A program made the translations under genes and the position numbers. Shown in pieces: positions 7,896 through 11,980 of a stretch of DNA of 11,980 nt (within the stretch, counting starts at the first letter, position 1; every line of letters begins with the position of its first letter). Source of the stretch: Thermostichus sp. DRC_bins_24 (lineage in GTDB: Bacteria; Cyanobacteriota; Cyanobacteriia; Thermostichales; Thermostichaceae); assembly GCA_039794845.1 (NCBI GenBank), contig JAUQVK010000080.1:1-11980 (forward strand), in the 5' to 3' direction. Below the pieces are notes generated by a model. It was not told the DNA's origin. It saw nothing but the letters and a program-made list of their open reading frames with translations, and did not search any database.

Positions 7896-8196
7896 TCAGT
7901 TTAGCCCTATATTCAGCCTCCAAGCGATCGGCTTCAGCTGCTTGAAAAGCAATATCCGCATCAATCATTTCCTGGTTGGCAAAATAGAAGGCTAGTGCTG
8001 CGTACACTTGGGTTTTGGTGAGATGAGGAATCTCGGCCAAAATATCCTCTGGACTACAGCCATGATTGTAGTCACTAGCAATCCGCCGAACCGTAATACC
8101 TGTGCCTGCAATGATTGGAACGCCCTGATGGATACGAGGATGAGTGGTGATCATCGTGCCAATATCTACGGCATTGGGCATGGTTGGAGTTGGCAT
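7882..8196 (-). CDS. DUF433 (VapB45-like) antitoxin
   Basis: P.I..GVPIIAGTGITV..I, PEDIL...PHLT..QVYAALAFY. Confidence 0.9.
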   Translation of the reverse strand: MPTPTMPNAVDIGTMITTHPRIHQGVPIIAGTGITVRRIASDYNHGCSPEDILAEIPHLTKTQVYAALAFYFANQEMIDADIAFQAAEADRLEAEYRAKLNAKS

Positions 8197-8226
8197 TGAT
8201 CTTCCTAGAACACTGCTTCTCTTAAG

Positions 8227-8943
8227 CTAAACAGTCGTGGGAACTTTACCACATTGCTCGTTGGCAGGCACGGCCTCTTGGATTTTTTTCGGATTGGGCA
8301 GGTTCAAATTGTTCATCAAGGCGATGAAGCTCTCCCGTGAACGCAGGGATCCGGTCGCGGGGTCAACAAAGCGGGGGTTCCACCGTTTTTCTTCCCCAAT
8401 GGTAGAAACCGTGCGTCCTTTGTAATCATGGCCCGGATAAACCAGGGTCTCCTCCGGCAGGCTGAACAAATGCCCCGTGACATGGTCATACATCAGGCCC
8501 GCATCCCCACTTTGGAAATCGGTGCGCCCGCAGCCCCGGATCAACAGGGCATCCCCCGTCAAAACCCGATCCCCGTTTACCCGGTAGGTCATGTGGCTGT
8601 CGGTGTGCCCTAGGGTCGCAATGGCTTCAATGGAAATGGATCCCACCTGAATGGTTTCCCCGTGGGCAATAAAGCGGTCGGCACACTGGGCTTTGGCCCC
8701 TACGGGCACGATTCCCTGGCAGCCCGTCCGTTCCCGCAGTTTGCCAGTTCCGGTGACGTGGTCGGCATGCACATGGGTTTCCAGACAGTACTTCAGGGTT
8801 AGTCCCAACTCCTGGATCAAGGTGAAATCTCGCTCCACCTGCTCCAATACGGGATCCACTAGGGCCGCCTCACGGGTTTGCGGATCCGCGATTAAATAGG
8901 TGTAGGTACCTGTCTCCTGGTCAAACAGTTGCCGAAAGAGCAT
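8227..8943 (-). CDS. ETHE1-like persulfide dioxygenase (metallo-beta-lactamase fold)
   Basis: FRQLFD..T.TYTYL, ETHVHADH, GHT, TGDALLIRGCGRTDFQ, YPGHDY.G and L.LPNPK. GGAGG ribosome-binding site upstream. Confidence 0.93.
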   Translation of the reverse strand: MLFRQLFDQETGTYTYLIADPQTREAALVDPVLEQVERDFTLIQELGLTLKYCLETHVHADHVTGTGKLRERTGCQGIVPVGAKAQCADRFIAHGETIQVGSISIEAIATLGHTDSHMTYRVNGDRVLTGDALLIRGCGRTDFQSGDAGLMYDHVTGHLFSLPEETLVYPGHDYKGRTVSTIGEEKRWNPRFVDPATGSLRSRESFIALMNNLNLPNPKKIQEAVPANEQCGKVPTTV

Positions 8944-9017
8944 AGCATCCTCCTGATATGGTGCTCGAGCCTTGGCTTACGCCCTTCAAGGTCACAACCT
9001 TGTTTCGCTCATGCTTC

Positions 9018-9052
9018 TAACTATATAACCATTCGGTGTTATAATCAAGTTA
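9018..9052. promoter_or_regulatory. Overlapping divergent promoters and putative ArsR operator
   Basis: Extended -10 TGnTATAAT at 9037-9045 (+ strand, toward arsR). TATAGT on the - strand at 9020-9025 (toward the dioxygenase). Inverted repeat TATAAC-N8-GTTATA at 9024-9043, with outer TAACT/AGTTA arms. Confidence 0.6.
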
Positions 9053-9061
9053 GTTAAGTGG

Positions 9062-9415
9062 ATGGATCCTGCCATGCCCCCAGCCCTCACCCCAGAAGTC
9101 CTGAGCAGCGTAGCCGACTACTTTAAGGTGCTTTCGGAGCCCAGTCGGTTGCAGATTTTGTGTGAGCTGCGTTCTGGCCCCAAGAATGTAACGGAAATCC
9201 TAGAAGCGACGGGCATGGGACAGGCCAATGTTTCCAAGCATTTGAAGATCTTGGCCCAAGCGGGCATCGTCAGTCGCCAACCCAAAGGCGTGAGCGTCTA
9301 CTACCAGATTGTGGATCCAGCCTGTTTTGAGCTGTGTGAGGTGGTGTGCCATCAGTTGATCGAGCGGCTCCAGCAGCAAGCTCGCCAGTTGCAACCCCTG
9401 CAGGGATCCCGTTAA
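9062..9415 (+). CDS. ArsR/SmtB-family repressor, BigR/SqrR-like persulfide sensor
   Basis: FKVLSEPSRLQILCEL and QANVSKHLKIL helix-turn-helix. Cys in helix 2 plus C-terminal Cys residues (ACFELCEVVC). Divergent from the persulfide dioxygenase operon. Confidence 0.88.
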   Translation: MDPAMPPALTPEVLSSVADYFKVLSEPSRLQILCELRSGPKNVTEILEATGMGQANVSKHLKILAQAGIVSRQPKGVSVYYQIVDPACFELCEVVCHQLIERLQQQARQLQPLQGSR

Positions 9416-9416
9416 T

Positions 9417-9839
9417 TTAATCCGGTAGGTCTTTGGGCAGGGCGTTTTGAGGGTGCTCCCGCCGCAACACCAAAGGAATGCTGAGGATACCGAACAGAGC
9501 CACCACCCCGGCCATCAGCCCGATTAACCAACGACTGGGGCGAAAATTGCCCTCCTCAATTTGCCGCAGCACCTGCTGGTACCGCCAAGCGGAAAGGCCA
9601 ATCATCACCACCCCAAACACCACCAGCAGCAGCCCCAGGTTTTCCGCATTCAACAGACTGCGAATCGGCTCCATCTGCTGGGGATCCCCCGTCCTGTTGC
9701 CCTGCAGTTGTCGCAAAAACAGGCTAAAGCGAGCAATGGCAAAACCAAACCCAATCAGGGCGATTGAGGTCCGCAGCCAAGCCAAAAAAGTGCGTTCGTT
9801 CGCTTGATGTTCGCGTTGTCGATCCGGGGGAAGGCTCAT
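9417..9839 (-). CDS. DUF202 / YidH family inner membrane protein
   Basis: REHQANERTFLAWLRTSIALIGFG signature and three hydrophobic segments. Confidence 0.92.
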   Translation of the reverse strand: MSLPPDRQREHQANERTFLAWLRTSIALIGFGFAIARFSLFLRQLQGNRTGDPQQMEPIRSLLNAENLGLLLVVFGVVMIGLSAWRYQQVLRQIEEGNFRPSRWLIGLMAGVVALFGILSIPLVLRREHPQNALPKDLPD

Positions 9840-9899
9840 GGGCTTATTTTAAGGCTCGGGATCCCTGAACTCAGAGGGTAGATCTCAGCCTAAAACCCC

Positions 9900-11045
9900 T
9901 CACCCCTTGCGCAAACATCGGGGATCCGGCAGACTGGCTTTTTCTGGCTGGCGGGGAAAGTAAAAGGCCGTGCGTTTACACACTTCCACCAACATCAGCA
10001 TTACCGGCACCTCGATCAGCACCCCCACCACCGTTGCCAAAGCTGCCCCCGAGTTCAACCCAAACAACACCACCGCCGTCGCGATCGCCACCTCGAAGTG
10101 ATTGCTCGCCCCAATCAAGGCAGCCGGAGCGGCATCTTCGTAGGATAAGCCCAGTTTTTGCCCAGCCACATAGGTAATGCCAAAGATTAGATTGGTTTGA
10201 ATAAAAAGGGGCACCGCAATCAACAAAATATGGAACGGGTTCTCGATGATCAACTCCCCTTTGAAGGCAAACAGCAACACCAACGTCACCAACAAAGCCG
10301 TGATCGCCACCGGGGTGAGATAGCCCAAAAACGCTTTCTCAAACCATTCCTTCCCTTTCGTTTGCAAAATCCAATATCGGGATCCGATCCCAGCTGCCAA
10401 CGGTAAGCCGACATAAACAGCCACCGACAGCAAAATGGTTTGCCAGGGCACGGTGAGATCGCTCATGGCCAAGAGCCAACGCCCCAAGGGCGCGTAAAGA
10501 AACAGCATCGCCAAAGAGTTCACGGCCACCATCACCAAGGTGTGTCCTTGATTGCCATAGCTGAGATAGCCCCACATCAGCACCATCGCTGTACAGGGAG
10601 CAATCCCCAACAAAATTGCCCCCGCAATGTAGGAATTAACCAGACTCATTTCCACGCCGCGAATCACCTCAGTGCCCGCCAACCAGGGCTGAAACAGCCA
10701 ACCGAGAAAAAACCGGGCGATCACCACCATGGTGAATGGCTTAATTAACCAGTTCACCACCAAGGTCAACATCACCGGCTTGGGAGATTTCAGAGCATGA
10801 GTCGCCTGGCCAAAATCGATCTTGACCATGATCGGATACATCATGAAAAACAGACAGATGGCAATTGGGATCGAAACCTGATGGACACTAAGGGCATCCA
10901 GCGTCACCGCCACCTGAGGGAACCCTCGTCCCAAGAGGATCCCGGCCACAATACACAACCCCACCCAAACGGTTAGGTAGCGCTCAAAGAAACTCAGGGA
11001 TCCGCCAATCGCTAGGGGTTGCTCGTCGGTGAAGGGTTCAGTCAT
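9900..11045 (-). CDS. acr3: Acr3-family arsenite efflux transporter
   Basis: [44 protein letters not shown] and [10 protein letters not shown]. The likely start is the ATG at 11045, because the ATG at 11114 lies inside the operator. Confidence 0.95.
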   Translation of the reverse strand: MTEPFTDEQPLAIGGSLSFFERYLTVWVGLCIVAGILLGRGFPQVAVTLDALSVHQVSIPIAICLFFMMYPIMVKIDFGQATHALKSPKPVMLTLVVNWLIKPFTMVVIARFFLGWLFQPWLAGTEVIRGVEMSLVNSYIAGAILLGIAPCTAMVLMWGYLSYGNQGHTLVMVAVNSLAMLFLYAPLGRWLLAMSDLTVPWQTILLSVAVYVGLPLAAGIGSRYWILQTKGKEWFEKAFLGYLTPVAITALLVTLVLLFAFKGELIIENPFHILLIAVPLFIQTNLIFGITYVAGQKLGLSYEDAAPAALIGASNHFEVAIATAVVLFGLNSGAALATVVGVLIEVPVMLMLVEVCKRTAFYFPRQPEKASLPDPRCLRKG

Positions 11046-11102
11046 GGTCGCTTTCTCAAAATAGGGGACAAAAGGATCCGGTGGGATCCCGCAGGATTTT
11101 CT

Positions 11103-11125
11103 AGAATACATCAAGAAAACTTGTT
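11103..11125 (-). promoter_or_regulatory. Arsenic-responsive ArsR operator next to the putative -10 box of acr3
   Basis: Minus strand AACAAGTTTTCTTGATG (11125-11109) matches 15/17 of the Synechocystis arsBHC operator repeat as I recall it (ATCAAGTTTTTTTGATG). It is immediately followed by TATTCT. Confidence 0.7.
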
Positions 11126-11201
11126 GTGAAGTTTGCCCTGAGCCAACCCCTCAGAACCCCTTAGCCTACAAACCCATGAAGCGGAATGTGGTGGGTGCTG
11201 C

Positions 11202-11980
11202 TTGATTTTCCAAAGGTTTAGCCTACCTGCAACAACGAGTGGCAATCCAGAGCCCCTGGAAATTCGTATGGCCATTCAAGAAGATGAAGATACGGATTTG
11301 GGTACCTTTCTGATTGAAGATACAGCCCTTACGCGGGTCTTCCAGGACAGGGCTTGTGCTTCCTGCTCCTGCTTTCGCGGGGCCCGGAGGGCTAGCCCTC
11401 CAGAGGTTAGAACTCAACTTCCATAGTTGTTACACATGACTAGCGAAAGGGTTGTAAGGCAGGCAAGCGTCCGCCTGTCAAAATCAGGCTACAGGTAGAA
11501 GGCGGAACTGTAGAGGAGACCGAAGGCCAAACGGATGCTGACGGCTACTTCCGAACAACTGCCACGATTGCAGAAGACAGCAACTACATCTTGGTTACTG
11601 CTACTGCGGAGTACTAACCGGAAAGAGATGGGGAAAGGCTCATCCGAGCCGCCTTGGATTTGAAGATGAAGAGACTGGTGGAGGTAGTGGCTCGGGGGGA
11701 GGCAATGGTGGGGGGTCAGTACCCTTACCCTGTCCGCATTGTGGAGAAGCCGATGGCGTCGGGGATCCGCATGTGTACACCCTCGACCGGTTGCGCTACG
11801 ACTTTCATGGGGCCGGAGAATATGTCTTGAGCCAGTCTGTGGTGCCGGAGCTGAAGTTTCAGCTGCAAGGACGTTTCCGCAGCAGCACCCTAGCCAGCAT
11901 GACCCGTGCCATCGCCACTCAGATGGGATCCCATCGGGTGAGAATGGATGTCACCCCCCCGCCCGACCCAGCCCATCCCC
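11202..11980 (+). pseudogene. Decayed extracellular protein gene: Ig-like segment, Gly/Ser linker and VWD (von Willebrand type D) domain; continues past the window
   Basis: With the MITE removed, the frame reads ..FLIEDKAGKRPPVKIRLQVEGGTVEETEGQTDADGYFRTTATI..VTATAEY, then TAA at 11615-11617 and a frameshift near 11620-11660. It then reads GGGSGSGGGNGGG..GDPHVYTLDRLRYDFHGAGEYVL, the VWD signature. Confidence 0.75.
11321..11456. mobile_element. MITE-like element, copy 2 (132 bp plus TA target duplication)
   Basis: TA-CAGCCCTTACGCGGGTC ... GACTAGCGAAAGGGTTG-TA imperfect terminal inverted repeats. Deleting 11323-11456 fuses the upstream and downstream frames as GAT AAG GCA. Confidence 0.85.

Larger units (their letters stand above)
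256..11932. repeat. Highly iterated palindrome GGGATCCC (HIP1 variant) dispersed through the window
   Basis: About 21 perfect copies counted by eye (e.g. 256, 867, 2273, 3356, 4543, 6403, 9403, 11083, 11925) plus many one-mismatch copies. I saw only one canonical GCGATCGC, at 10081. Confidence 0.9.

Noticed and set aside
11046..11114. N-terminal extension of Acr3
   Set aside because: The upstream ATG lies within the operator and -10 region.
11202..11426. 74-aa ORF and the antisense 64-aa ORF as real small proteins
   Set aside because: Both are chimeras of pseudogene and MITE sequence.
1..11980. CRISPR array, tRNA or rRNA
   Set aside because: I saw no regularly spaced repeats or RNA gene signatures. 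The repetitiveness at about 1600-2450 comes from TPR coding.

Overview
Cyanobacterial chromosomal DNA. About 21 perfect GGGATCCC palindromes (counted by eye) point to the hot-spring Synechococcus/Thermostichus clade. From left to right: the right end of an IS200/IS605-type (tnpB) element whose terminal bases supply the lipB stop codon; lipB; a TPR plus 2OG-Fe(II)-oxygenase-like protein; a y-type thioredoxin; a membrane-anchored CofE/F420-ligase-like gene; a persulfide-detoxification cluster (SqrR/BigR-like ArsR, ETHE1-like persulfide dioxygenase, rhodanese-DUF2892, SulP) interrupted by a foreign-looking DUF433/DUF5615/DUF29 toxin-antitoxin cassette with a possibly damaged toxin; a DUF202 gene; acr3 with an ars operator; and a decayed Ig-like/VWD surface-protein pseudogene. 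The main signal missing from the ORF track is a pair of diverged, TA-flanked MITE-like elements (3064-3224 and 11321-11456). Excising the second one exactly restores the reading frame of its host gene. Their core is a covarying double hairpin that also occurs alone inside the lipB coding sequence, which suggests a nested family of very small structured mobile elements.
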